From: Candidatus Sericytochromatia bacterium
GTDB lineage: Bacteria; Cyanobacteriota; Sericytochromatia; S15B-MN24; UBA4093
DNA: 64,000 nucleotides
Direction of reading: 5' to 3'
NCBI GenBank assembly: GCA_036676985.1
Contig: JAKFBU010000043.1
Location: 38,668 to 102,667 of the forward strand
A program made the translations under genes and the position numbers. The notes under the pieces are model-generated. The model was not told the DNA's origin. It did no database searches and saw only the letters and a program-made list of their open reading frames with translations. Below, piece by piece: positions 18,900-30,113 of the stretch. Each line of letters opens with the position of its first letter. The first letter of the stretch is position 1.

Positions 18900-21067
18900 G
18901 CCCTCGCCAGATACGGATCACACCACAGGGACGCCCATTGCATCGGGTTCTTGACGGGCACCGGATCCTGGCACGAGGCGAGGTTCGGCGCGGAGTTGAC
19001 CCCCTCAGGAAGGCTCAGGATCTCGCTGGCGTAGAAGACCGCGCCTTCCTCGACCTGGTGGGCGAGGTTGGTGTCGAGGATCTCCTGGATCGCCGCGTCT
19101 GCTCCCAACTCCGAGAGGATGCGCAGCAAGTGGGGCGTCTCGCGCGGCCAGCAGACGGCTTCGTGGTACTGCTCGTCGCCTAAGAAGACCCGCTCGGCAC
19201 TATCCTTGGCGATGACGCCGAAGGCGGCCGGGCGGCCTCCCCGGCTGCGGCTCACCAGCAGGTGCGATCGCACGGTCGACCAGACCGACGACAGCTCCTG
19301 GCGGGTGAAGACGCGGCTTCCCAACAATGCCACCGCCTCGATGCCAGGCGACGTCACCATCGGGTCGGGTCGACCCTCCTTGGTGATGAGATTATACAGG
19401 AAGCCGACGCCCGAGTTCCAGAAAAGCCGCTTGTAATTGGCGATCGCCCGATCGTAGAGGCTCCGAATCTTGAGCGCGAGCGCCTCGTCGGCCACGAGAT
19501 CGGCGAGGCTCAGCCCCACCTCCAGCATGCGGATCCACTGGGCGTTGATCTCGGGCAGGTAGAAGCTGCTCTCCTGGTACTGCGCATGGGCATAGTGGCC
19601 GTCCTGGTAGTGCTGGATCTCCTCGATCTGCCACTGGCGATCCACCCGGATGGGCAGGTCGACCACCTTGAGGCCGTCCACCTCCAAGGTGCGGCGGCCG
19701 TTGAGCCAGGAGTAATGGGCCGTCGTCAGCAAGAGGCCGGTGCCTGCGAGCCGCGGAGCCCCCGGCGAGACGGGCGCCTCGAAGGCGGCGAGGGCCTTGG
19801 CGAAAAGCGCGTAGAGGTCCTGGGCCACCTGCGGCTCATGCAGATAGGCCGGATGCTCGGACAGGAGCACGAAGAGCATCAGCAGCGGATCGGCCGACTG
19901 GTAGAAGTCGGACGGCAGGCGGCCGGTGCGCTGGAAGTGCGCGAGGTCGGCCGTGTGGTCGGGCAAGCGATTGGGGAGCCGTCCCGATTCGGGGTCCTGG
20001 TAGCGCAGCGCGAGGCGGATGGCCTCGCGGATGCGCCCGGCGCGCCCGAGCCGCGTCAGCGTCTCGTGGTTGTGCAGGAGGCTCGCGAACAGGGGCCGCA
20101 GCCAGGCCGTGCGGAACCACCAGCCGCCTGCCTCGGGCACGCGGTAGCCGCCCACCGGCAGGCCGTACTTCTCGGCCATGACGTAGCTGCGGGCGACGAC
20201 CTCGGGCGAGGCCCCCGGAAGGGCTCGCGCGCAGGCCTCGTAGGCCGCGGCCTGGGCCTTGGCGAGGCTCGTGTGCTCCACCTGGACGTAGCGGGCGGCC
20301 TGCACGGCCTCGTCCTCGCTGGGGGCGGCCGCCACCGTCAGGAGGACCGGACGCTCGAGGTCGAGCACGAGCCGCCCGAGGGTGACGCCGCGGAAGAACT
20401 CGCGCTTGAACTGGAGCTGGCCCTGGACCTGCTCGCGATCGCCTGACCCCAGCCGGTAGTACAGATCCCACACCTGGCGCTCGCTCTCGAACGAGTGGGC
20501 GGCACTGGTGGCGAGGGCCACGTGCCGGTGGTTGGCGATGGTGAGGAGGCGCGACTCCTTCTGCAAGACTTGATGGCCCTCGGGATCCGAGTAGTAGAAC
20601 ATGTGCCGCATGTCGAAGATGGGCTTGAGGATTAGCTGGGCCGGCTCGTCACCCTCGCCCTGCCAGCGGTAGCTCGCGGCGAGCACGCCCGTGTCGGCGG
20701 CCGAGAAGAGCTGGTAGTGGATCTCGAACCGTCCCTCGGGCGCGGAGTAGCGATAGACGGCCCAGTCGGGCGAGGCGGAGACGGGCTCCGGCATGAGCTC
20801 GACTGGAGCTCCCGCCACGAGCACCTGGAAGCCGATCCGATCCAGGATCTTCCAGTTTTCGCCGTGCATGAGGGCGAGCATGCCCTCGTAGGCGTAGTCC
20901 GTCCGGTGATACAGCAGGCCGTCCAGCTCGCGAAAGGTCAGGGACGATTGGCACCACTCGGCGCTCGGCACCCGGAGGGCCAAGCGCCGGGTGCGCGCAT
21001 GGTCCCAGTCCGCATTCTCCAGGGGGGGAAACGTCGTGGCATCGACCTGGCGATGACTGTCGATCAT
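18896..21067 (-). CDS. Amylo-alpha-1,6-glucosidase/glycogen debranching-like protein, possibly inactive
   Basis: AG.WWF...W.R, GRLPN, PEINAQW, YH....WP, SEI and Q.WS-like elements of the (alpha/alpha)6 GDE C-terminal family. Confidence 0.7.
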   Translation of the reverse strand: MIDSHRQVDATTFPPLENADWDHARTRRLALRVPSAEWCQSSLTFRELDGLLYHRTDYAYEGMLALMHGENWKILDRIGFQVLVAGAPVELMPEPVSASPDWAVYRYSAPEGRFEIHYQLFSAADTGVLAASYRWQGEGDEPAQLILKPIFDMRHMFYYSDPEGHQVLQKESRLLTIANHRHVALATSAAHSFESERQVWDLYYRLGSGDREQVQGQLQFKREFFRGVTLGRLVLDLERPVLLTVAAAPSEDEAVQAARYVQVEHTSLAKAQAAAYEACARALPGASPEVVARSYVMAEKYGLPVGGYRVPEAGGWWFRTAWLRPLFASLLHNHETLTRLGRAGRIREAIRLALRYQDPESGRLPNRLPDHTADLAHFQRTGRLPSDFYQSADPLLMLFVLLSEHPAYLHEPQVAQDLYALFAKALAAFEAPVSPGAPRLAGTGLLLTTAHYSWLNGRRTLEVDGLKVVDLPIRVDRQWQIEEIQHYQDGHYAHAQYQESSFYLPEINAQWIRMLEVGLSLADLVADEALALKIRSLYDRAIANYKRLFWNSGVGFLYNLITKEGRPDPMVTSPGIEAVALLGSRVFTRQELSSVWSTVRSHLLVSRSRGGRPAAFGVIAKDSAERVFLGDEQYHEAVCWPRETPHLLRILSELGADAAIQEILDTNLAHQVEEGAVFYASEILSLPEGVNSAPNLASCQDPVPVKNPMQWASLWCDPYLARA

Positions 21068-21179
21068 CGGTCTGCTTGCCTCCTCTTCGAGTGCAAGGGC
21101 GCGGACAGCGATGAAAAGCGCTTGTTACGACAGTATATGACGAATTATGAATGGAGGCTACGGAGTTCTTACCGAGATG

Positions 21180-21917
21180 TTACGACCGCGCGAGCAGATC
21201 CAGGGAGCGAAGCGGACGTTCCGTCCGGGTCGTGAGCGCGGCCTTGAGGGCCGAACGCCCGTGGGCCAGGAGCCCGGGCTGAAGGGTGTGGCCCAACAGC
21301 TCGCCCAGCTCGACCGCGGCCAGGCGCTGCAAAAGGGTGAGGCCCTTGGCATGTAGCCGCATGCCGCCCGCCACCGCGTAGCAGCCGTCGCACAGGGCTC
21401 CGCCGCCTTCGCCGGAGAAGCCGCAGCCCTCCGTGCCGAGGGCGGCACCGCACTGGACGCAGGCGGAGAGCTCCAGCTCGTAGCCGAGCCCGTGCAAGAA
21501 GGTCAGCTCGAACCATGCCGTGACGAGCTCGGGGCTCTCGGCCACCTCAAGGGCGAGCAGGCTCGCGGCGAAGAGGTCGAAGAGCTCGGGATGGGCCTCG
21601 CCCTCCTCGAGGAAGGCCTCGATAAGCTCGGCGAGGTACATGCCGTGCAGGAGCCGGTCCAGGTCCGCGCGCAGGGCCCGGTGGGCGTGGTCGGTCTCGC
21701 ACTGGGACACGACGTCCATGTTCTTGCCGGTGGCGAGGAACCAGGTGGCCTTGTAGAGGGGCTCGCTCTTGCCGCCGAGCTTGCTCTTGGCGCGGCGGGC
21801 GCCCTTGGCGACGACCCGCTTGAGCCCGTGCTCGCGCGTGAAGAGCACCAGGATCTTGTCGTACTCGCCGAGGGCGTGTTGCTTGAGCGTGATGCCGGTC
21901 GTGGTGTAGGTCGCCAT
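21180..21917 (-). CDS. recO: DNA repair protein RecO
   Basis: GEYDKILVLFTREHG..AKGARR.KS; CxxC...CxxC zinc finger. Confidence 0.93.
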   Translation of the reverse strand: MATYTTTGITLKQHALGEYDKILVLFTREHGLKRVVAKGARRAKSKLGGKSEPLYKATWFLATGKNMDVVSQCETDHAHRALRADLDRLLHGMYLAELIEAFLEEGEAHPELFDLFAASLLALEVAESPELVTAWFELTFLHGLGYELELSACVQCGAALGTEGCGFSGEGGGALCDGCYAVAGGMRLHAKGLTLLQRLAAVELGELLGHTLQPGLLAHGRSALKAALTTRTERPLRSLDLLARS

Positions 21918-22073
21918 GCGTCTCTCCTCTCCTTCATTATCCCACGCGGGGCGCCCCAAGACCAGTCATCATGCGGTTGCGGGCGCTTTCGGGCGTGGGG
22001 CGGGAACGGACGGCTGATTACCCGGGCCACGGGTGGGTAAGAAGCAAATGTTAGGCGCTCTAAGGAGGCTGGA

Positions 22074-22892
22074 TTGAGGATGCTGCGCACGTTTTCCTGG
22101 ATGCTTATCCCCGCGATGGTCCTGGGGCTGGCCCCTGCGGCCTTGGCGGACGTCGTGATCACCAAGAGCGGCGAGCGCGTGTACGGCACGGTCCTGACCG
22201 AGACGCCGGTGGGCGTGTCCATCCTGGAGCCCGGCGGCCTGATGCGCGGCTTCCACGTGGACGAGGTGCAGGAGGTCCGGCGCGACCCCGCGACCCGGAC
22301 CGCGGCCGGGGTGGCCGAGGTGCTGGAGCGCGATCGCGTGGCCTACGAGGCCGAGTGGGCCAGGCTCCAGGCGGTCCAGAGCCAGCGCGAGTCTTTCTTC
22401 CACCTGGGGCACCAGCTGACGGCCGGGGTCCTGGGCGTGACCGCAGGCTCGCTGATGGTGGGGGGCGGGGCCAAGTACCGCCTCCTGGTGGGGCCTTACC
22501 TCGCGGCCTACACGGGCGTCGGCTACGGCATGGGCCTCGGTCGCCTCAAGCAGGGCAACTTCGACGAGGACGGCAACCTGGTGGACACCACGAACGTCAC
22601 GGCGACCGCGCTCGAGGTCCCCTTCGGCCTGGAGCTGCGCTTCGCGGGCCTCTACGTGGGCGGTGGCGCGGCGTACCTGATGGCGAACAACGTCCCCACC
22701 AAGGACGAGTTCGTGGTCGCGAACCACGCGGCGGTGGTGCCGCAGGTGGTCCTGGGCTACCAGTACCAGTTCAAGCAGGGGCCGCTCGCGGTGGGGCCGG
22801 TGGTGGGCCTCGATCTGCGCTACACCCCGGCCGCCCGGAACCTCGCCAACGGTTACTATGGGGGCGGGATCTTCGGGGGCTGGACGTTTTAG
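22074..22892 (+). CDS. Hypothetical outer-membrane beta-barrel protein
   Basis: Signal peptide (ALA-D); amphipathic Gly/Tyr-rich strands; terminal GWTF. Confidence 0.7.
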   Translation: MRMLRTFSWMLIPAMVLGLAPAALADVVITKSGERVYGTVLTETPVGVSILEPGGLMRGFHVDEVQEVRRDPATRTAAGVAEVLERDRVAYEAEWARLQAVQSQRESFFHLGHQLTAGVLGVTAGSLMVGGGAKYRLLVGPYLAAYTGVGYGMGLGRLKQGNFDEDGNLVDTTNVTATALEVPFGLELRFAGLYVGGGAAYLMANNVPTKDEFVVANHAAVVPQVVLGYQYQFKQGPLAVGPVVGLDLRYTPAARNLANGYYGGGIFGGWTF

Positions 22893-22903
22893 CCTTTGGA
22901 ATA

Positions 22904-22975
22904 AGGAACCGTTCGCCCATCCAGGGGCTCATGCAGGAAACCCGTTCGCCCAATGTCTCGGGTGAACGGGTTTCT
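22904..22975. repeat. REP-like palindrome related to the 6945-7110 element
   Basis: AGGAACCGTTCGCCC half-copy, then hairpin GAAACCCGTTCGCCC-8 nt-GGGTGAACGGGTTTC; lies between convergent genes. Confidence 0.65.
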
Positions 22976-23001
22976 AGTACTCAGGGACTTTCTAAGGTCG
23001 G

Positions 23002-23892
23002 CTAATCGACTACGTAGCCCAGCTGCTTGAGGCTCTTTGCCTGCTTGCGCCAGTTGGGCAGCACCTTGACCCAGAGCTCCAGGTAGACGCTGCGATCCAG
23101 GGCCTTTTCGATGGACTGACGGGCGGCCGCGCCGATTTCCTTGAGCTTCGAGCCCTTCTCGCCGATCAAGATGCCCTTCTGGCTGTCCCGCTCCACGAAG
23201 ATCGTGGCCTGGATGAAGGTCTTGCCCCCATCCCGCTCCTTGAACTCGTCCACCCGCACCGCCACGGCATGCGGCACCTCTTCGGAGGTCTGACGCAACA
23301 CCGCCTCGCGTACGAGCTCACCCGCCAGGTCCCGCTCGGACTGGTCCGTGACCTCGTCCTCGCTGTAGAAGGGCGGACCTTCCGGCATGCGCTCGACGAT
23401 CTCCTTCAACAGGGGCTGCACGCCCTTGCCGTAGAGCGCCGAGATCACGTGCACCGAGACGTGCTCGCCGAGAGCCTCGTAGCTCTGGAGTACCTCGGGA
23501 TCGACCTTGAGCGAGTCGACCTTGTTCAGGACGAAGACGACGGGCTTGTTGACCTTGGAGAGCAAGTCGGCCACGTACTTGTCGCCGCGCCCCGCGCTCG
23601 TGCGGCCATCCAACAGGAACAGGATGAGGTCCACCTCCGAGAGCGAGTCGACCGCGGTCTTGACCAACTGCTCGCCAAGGAGATGCAGGGGCTTGTGGAT
23701 GCCCGGCGTGTCGACGAAGACCACCTGCGCATCGTCCTCGGAGTGGATGCCCTTGATGCGGTGGCGCGTGGTCTGGGCCTTGCTCGAGACGATCGCCACC
23801 TTCTGGCCGAGGACCTTGTTCAGGAAGGTCGACTTGCCCACGTTGGGGCGACCGACGATGGCAACGAAGCCCGAGCGGTAGGCCTTAGGCAT
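23002..23892 (-). CDS. era: GTPase Era
   Basis: GRPNVGKST, QTTR, DTPG, NKVD, KH domain. Confidence 0.98.
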   Translation of the reverse strand: MPKAYRSGFVAIVGRPNVGKSTFLNKVLGQKVAIVSSKAQTTRHRIKGIHSEDDAQVVFVDTPGIHKPLHLLGEQLVKTAVDSLSEVDLILFLLDGRTSAGRGDKYVADLLSKVNKPVVFVLNKVDSLKVDPEVLQSYEALGEHVSVHVISALYGKGVQPLLKEIVERMPEGPPFYSEDEVTDQSERDLAGELVREAVLRQTSEEVPHAVAVRVDEFKERDGGKTFIQATIFVERDSQKGILIGEKGSKLKEIGAAARQSIEKALDRSVYLELWVKVLPNWRKQAKSLKQLGYVVD

Positions 23893-24306
23893 CGACGACT
23901 CCTTCGAGATCGCGGCTGGTGAAGCTGAAGGGCAAGAGCTCGTCCAGGCCAAGCTCCCAGGGCTCGCCGGGCTGGGCGAGCACGACCTGCATGGGGCCGA
24001 ACTCCGCGAGCACCTGGCGGCAGGCGCCGCAGGGCGTGCAGGGAGCGGCCTTCTCGGCCACGATGGCCACCGCCACGAAGCGCTGGATGCCCTCGGAGAC
24101 CGCCTTGCCGATGGCCACGCGCTCGGCGCACATGGTCAGGGGGTAGGAGGCGTTCTCGATGTTGCAGCCCGTGAAGACCCGGCCGTCCTCGGTCAGGAGG
24201 GCGGCGCCCACCGGAAAGCGGGAGTAGGGGACGTGGGCATGCCGCATGGCCTCACGGGCTTGCTCGATCAGGGCCTGGCGGTCGAAGCCGCCGGTGCGCG
24301 CGCTCA

Positions 24307-24307
<1 letters not shown>
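23885..24307 (-). CDS. cdd: Cytidine deaminase (homotetrameric type)
   Basis: PYSRFPVGAA, CAER, PCGACRQ. Confidence 0.97.
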
Positions 24308-25962
<1,655 letters not shown>

Positions 25963-26021
25963 TTAACCCTAGAGTATATCGTACTTTCGCCCATGATTCT
26001 CGCTTCGAGGCGGCCTTTCGC

Positions 26022-27368
26022 CTAGCTTGCCTCCGCCGAGGGGTCTTCCGGCAGCCCGAGGGGGCCGGTTCCGTCCCGGTAGATGCGCACGCGCGTGAGG
26101 CGGCGCGCCTTGACGGCCTCGGCGACCAGGTAGAGGCGCTCGTAGGTGACGGACTCGCCGGGCGCCGGCGCCCGGCCCAGGAGGCCCACGACGAAGCCGC
26201 CCAGCGTGTCGAACTCCGCGTCGGGAAGCTGCAGCTTGAGCGCCTCGTTGACCTCGTGGATGGAGAGGCCGCCGTCCACGAGGATCGAGCCGTCCGGCTG
26301 CGGCTCGATGGCCTTGGCCGCCACGTCGTCGTATTCGTCGTGGATCTCGCCGACGATCTCCTCGAGGATGTCCTCGATGGTGAGCAGCCCTGCCGTGCCG
26401 CCGTACTCGTCCATGACCACGGCCATGGGGAGGCGATCGCGCCGCATCTCCCGCAAGAGCTCGTCCACCCGCTTCGACTCGGGGATGAAGAAGGCGGGGC
26501 GCAGGAAGGTGCGGGGAATCCGCTTGGGCCGCTCCTCGGTCGTGAGGAAGGCCAGCAGGTCCTTGACGTAGAGGATGCCCGTGATGTGGTCGAGCGTCTC
26601 GTGGTAGACGGGGATGCGCGAGTGGCCCTCGGTCAGGGCCAGGTGCAGGGCCTCCTCGAAGGTGGCGTCGTCGCCGAGCGTGACCATGTCGATGCGCGGG
26701 ACCATGATCGCGCGGGCGATGGTGTCGCCCAGCGCGAAGATGGACTGGATCATCTCCGTCTCGTCCGACGCGAGGTCGCCCGCGGCCTGCCCCACGTCCA
26801 CCAGCAAGCGGATCTCGTCGCGGGTGGCCAGCGAGGTCGTGCGATCGCCCATGCGCAGGATCCGGTTGGTGCCCGCGACGAGCGCGTTGGTGAGCCCCGT
26901 GACGGCCCAGACGGCCGGGGAGGCGAGGGCCATGATCGCCATCATGGGCCGCGCCACCCCCATGGCGTAGCGCTCCGAGTGCTGGGCCGCGAAGGTCTTG
27001 GGGGCGATCCGGGTGAAGACCACGATCAGGAAGGTCATCACCAACGAGGCGACGGCCACGGGCCATTCGCTCTCGGCGGAGCGCAGGTAGCGGGTGGCGA
27101 GCACCGTGAAGATCGCCGTGGCGATGACGATCAGGGCGTTCTCCAGGAGCAGGATGGTGCCGAAGAGCCGATCGTGCTGGGAGACGAGGCGCTGCACGGC
27201 CTGGGCCGAGCGCGAGCCCTTCTCGGCCAGGCTCGCGATGCGCAGCTTGTTCACGGAGATGATCGCCGCCTCGGAGCTTGAAAAGAAGCCGATGCCCAGG
27301 AGGCAAAGCAAGAGGACGCCGAATCCCGTGAGCTCGTCCACGGGGCCTAGTGGGACGCTACCATCCAT
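26022..27368 (-). CDS. CNNM/CBS/CorC_HlyC (hemolysin-family) transporter
   Basis: FFSSSEAA, HSRIPVY, VMDEYGGTAGLLTIEDILEEIVGEI.DE.D. Confidence 0.93.
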   Translation of the reverse strand: MDGSVPLGPVDELTGFGVLLLCLLGIGFFSSSEAAIISVNKLRIASLAEKGSRSAQAVQRLVSQHDRLFGTILLLENALIVIATAIFTVLATRYLRSAESEWPVAVASLVMTFLIVVFTRIAPKTFAAQHSERYAMGVARPMMAIMALASPAVWAVTGLTNALVAGTNRILRMGDRTTSLATRDEIRLLVDVGQAAGDLASDETEMIQSIFALGDTIARAIMVPRIDMVTLGDDATFEEALHLALTEGHSRIPVYHETLDHITGILYVKDLLAFLTTEERPKRIPRTFLRPAFFIPESKRVDELLREMRRDRLPMAVVMDEYGGTAGLLTIEDILEEIVGEIHDEYDDVAAKAIEPQPDGSILVDGGLSIHEVNEALKLQLPDAEFDTLGGFVVGLLGRAPAPGESVTYERLYLVAEAVKARRLTRVRIYRDGTGPLGLPEDPSAEAS

Positions 27369-27511
27369 TCGTCGGGGGCCATCCTCTCCGCGTGCTTGGC
27401 AACCGAGGAATATTTATACCCCGGCCTGGCCGCATGGATGGTTCACGAAACTTAATGACCTGATATCATGGCGTCGGTGTCGAACGAGGCACCCTGGCAA
27501 AGGAGGCCTCC

Positions 27512-28654
27512 ATGGCCGAGACCGCCCTGTTGAGCCTGCCCGAGGCCATCCGGCCCCTGGCGGACGCGTATCAGGCCGCGCTGTGTCGCTTCGTTCGCGA
27601 GCCGAGCGAGGCGGATCGGGCTTGGGCCCATGAGATGGGCGAGCGCCTGATCCAGGCCGCATGCGGCCCCGAGGCCCTCCTGGAGATGCATGCCAACGCC
27701 CTGCGGCACTGTGAGGTCCAAGACGGCCACACGCTCGTATCGCGGGCCAACCAGTTCCTGGCCGAGGCCTCCGGCGCCTTCATCACCGAGTACCGGCACC
27801 ATGCCGAGCAGCAGTCCGAGGGCTCCAACTGCTATCAGTGCTACGCGCGCATGCTCGAGGTCCTCAACGAGAACGTCATGCGCCTGAACCAGGAGCTGGG
27901 CGAGCGCCACGACGAGCTGCAGAAGGCCCATGACGAGCAGGTCGTCCTCAACCAGCAGAAGACCGACCTCCTGAACATGATCAGCCACGAGATCCGCACG
28001 CCCCTGACGGCCCTCCTGGGCTACGGCGAGTTCCTCGAGGAGGGGACCTACGGCCCGCTCAATCCCGAGCAGCTCGAGGTGCTGCACAAGATGATGCAGA
28101 GCGGCAAGGACCTGCTGCTACTGCTCAACAACCTGCTCGACATGTCCCGCCTCGAGGCGGGACGCCTCACGCTGGACCGCCAGCCGACGCCCCTCAGGGA
28201 GCTGATCGATCACGCCGTGGAGCAGGTCGAGTTCCTGGCGCGGCGCAAGGAGCTTGCGATCGACGTGTGCTGCGTGCCGGAGGATCTGCCCCTGGTCTGG
28301 GTGGACCCCATCCGCATCATCCAGGTGCTGGTCAACCTCCTGGGCAACGCCATTCGCTTCACCGACGCCCACGGCACCATCACGATCGGGGCCGAACCGC
28401 AGGGGGACATGGTGGAGGTCTGGGTGCGCGACACCGGCATCGGCATCACGCCCGAGGCCCAGCAGCGCCTCTTCCAGCGCTTCTCGCAGGTGGAGAGCGT
28501 CAAGCGTTATGGCGGCACTGGCCTCGGTCTCTCCATCACCAAGGAGCTCTTGGCCCTGCACGGCGGCGCCATCCGGGTCGAGAGCGAGCCCGGAAAGGGC
28601 GCCACCTTCCGCTTCACCCTGCCCGTCTGGAACGAACTGGACCACCCCGCCTAG
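27512..28654 (+). CDS. Soluble histidine kinase with RsbU N-terminal-like domain
   Basis: H-box SHEIRTPLT, N-box NLLGNAIRF, G-boxes DTGIGI and GGTGLGL; no TM helix; N-terminus Y..AL..F...PSE...GPEALLEMH. Confidence 0.88.
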   Translation: MAETALLSLPEAIRPLADAYQAALCRFVREPSEADRAWAHEMGERLIQAACGPEALLEMHANALRHCEVQDGHTLVSRANQFLAEASGAFITEYRHHAEQQSEGSNCYQCYARMLEVLNENVMRLNQELGERHDELQKAHDEQVVLNQQKTDLLNMISHEIRTPLTALLGYGEFLEEGTYGPLNPEQLEVLHKMMQSGKDLLLLLNNLLDMSRLEAGRLTLDRQPTPLRELIDHAVEQVEFLARRKELAIDVCCVPEDLPLVWVDPIRIIQVLVNLLGNAIRFTDAHGTITIGAEPQGDMVEVWVRDTGIGITPEAQQRLFQRFSQVESVKRYGGTGLGLSITKELLALHGGAIRVESEPGKGATFRFTLPVWNELDHPA

Positions 28655-28697
28655 TCCCTGCAGGTCCGCCTGCCTCGACCTGGAAAGGAGCCCGCCC

Positions 28698-29294
28698 ATG
28701 CCCAGACCCTTGCTTCCGTCAGCCCTCGTCCTCGCGCTGCTCGCGCCGGCCTCCGCGGCCTGGGCGCTCCCCGCCCCCTACCGGATCGCCGCCACCTACG
28801 CCTCAAAGCTGGACCAGCAGCTGCTCGTGGCGGTCTTCAAGTCGGATCCCGAATGGGTCGACCAGCTGCTCGCGGCCGGGGCGAGCCCGAATGCCCGGTT
28901 CTACGGAGACGCCTTCGGGGAGGAGGACGCGCTCGACTTCGGCGTCGGGATCATGGAGGACTTTCCGGCCTACGTCCGGCTCGTCCAGGCCAACGACGGG
29001 CGCATGACGGCCCTCATGCTCGCGACCCTGAACGGCAACCCGCCCATCGTCGCGCGGCTCCTGGCCCGGCGGGCCGACCCCAACCGGCGCTCCGGCGACG
29101 CCAAGGACACCGCCCTCATGGCGGCCGTTCGGAAGGGCCAGCGGGAGATCGCCCTGCAGCTGTTGGCGGCGGGGACGGACGTGACGCTCAAGAACGCCGC
29201 GGGAGAGACGGCGCTCGTGCTCGCCGAGCGGTACGCTCAGCGGGAGCTCGCGGAGCTCCTGCGGGCCAAGGCCCAGGAGGTCACGGTCGGATAA
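28698..29294 (+). CDS. Secreted ankyrin-repeat protein
   Basis: Signal peptide (AWA); TALMLA..NGN, TALMAAVRKG, GETALVLA repeats. Confidence 0.85.
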   Translation: MPRPLLPSALVLALLAPASAAWALPAPYRIAATYASKLDQQLLVAVFKSDPEWVDQLLAAGASPNARFYGDAFGEEDALDFGVGIMEDFPAYVRLVQANDGRMTALMLATLNGNPPIVARLLARRADPNRRSGDAKDTALMAAVRKGQREIALQLLAAGTDVTLKNAAGETALVLAERYAQRELAELLRAKAQEVTVG

Positions 29295-29655
29295 GGCGCC
29301 ACAGGGGCGGACCCAGCAGCAGGACGCCCACCACGATGGCGTTGAGGGCGGCGGCCATCACCGCCCCCGCGGCCACGTCCTTGGCGGCCTTGGCGAGCGG
29401 GTGGCGGCGATGCGTCGCGAGGTCCACGGCGTTCTCGATGGCCGTATTGAACATCTCGCAGATGACCACCAAGCTGCAGACCACGGCGATGAGCGCCAGC
29501 TGCAGGGGCGGGAGCTTGAGGCCCACGGCCAGCGCGAAGACGGCGATGCCGCTGACGGTGTGGATGCGCATGTTCCGCTGGGTGCGGAGCATGAAGTAGA
29601 GGCCCGCCGACGCGTACTTGAAGCTCGCAAAGAGACTGTGCGCCTTGAACCTCAA
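29281..29655 (-). CDS. dgkA: Diacylglycerol/undecaprenol kinase
   Basis: SFKYA..GL, QRNMRIH, EMFNTAIENAVD, AKAAKDVAAGAV; TTG start overlaps the ybeY stop. Confidence 0.92.
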   Translation of the reverse strand: MRFKAHSLFASFKYASAGLYFMLRTQRNMRIHTVSGIAVFALAVGLKLPPLQLALIAVVCSLVVICEMFNTAIENAVDLATHRRHPLAKAAKDVAAGAVMAAALNAIVVGVLLLGPPLWRLIRP

Positions 29656-30113
29656 GCGTCCTCCTCGCGGCCCAGGCCGACGGCCGCGAGCAGCTCGCGC
29701 TGCCGCGCGCGCATCTCGGCCTCCTCGTCGGGCGTCATGTGGTCGTAGCCCAGGAGGTGCAGGAGGCCGTGGGCGAGCAAAAAGCCCAGCTCCCGGTCGA
29801 AGCCGTGGCCATACTCCTTGGCCTGGCGCTCGGTGGTCTCCAGGGAGATCACCACGTCGCCCAGGGGATAGGGCAGGGGCTCGGGCGGGAGCTCCTCGTC
29901 GGGCTCGAACTGCGGGAAGCTCAGGACGTCGGTCGGGCGATCCACGGCGCGGTGCTCGCGGTTGAGCTCGTGGATGGTCGCATCGTCCACGAACGTCACG
30001 GAGATCTCCGCCCGCGGCTCGACCTCGGCGGCCTCGAGCATGCGGGCGATGACGTCCTGCCACCGGGCGAGATCCAGGTCCCGTTCGGTCTCGTTAGCGA
30101 GCTGGATGTCCAA
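29652..30113 (-). CDS. ybeY: Endoribonuclease YbeY
   Basis: PTDVLSF, HGLLHLLGYDH. Confidence 0.97.
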   Translation of the reverse strand: MDIQLANETERDLDLARWQDVIARMLEAAEVEPRAEISVTFVDDATIHELNREHRAVDRPTDVLSFPQFEPDEELPPEPLPYPLGDVVISLETTERQAKEYGHGFDRELGFLLAHGLLHLLGYDHMTPDEEAEMRARQRELLAAVGLGREEDA

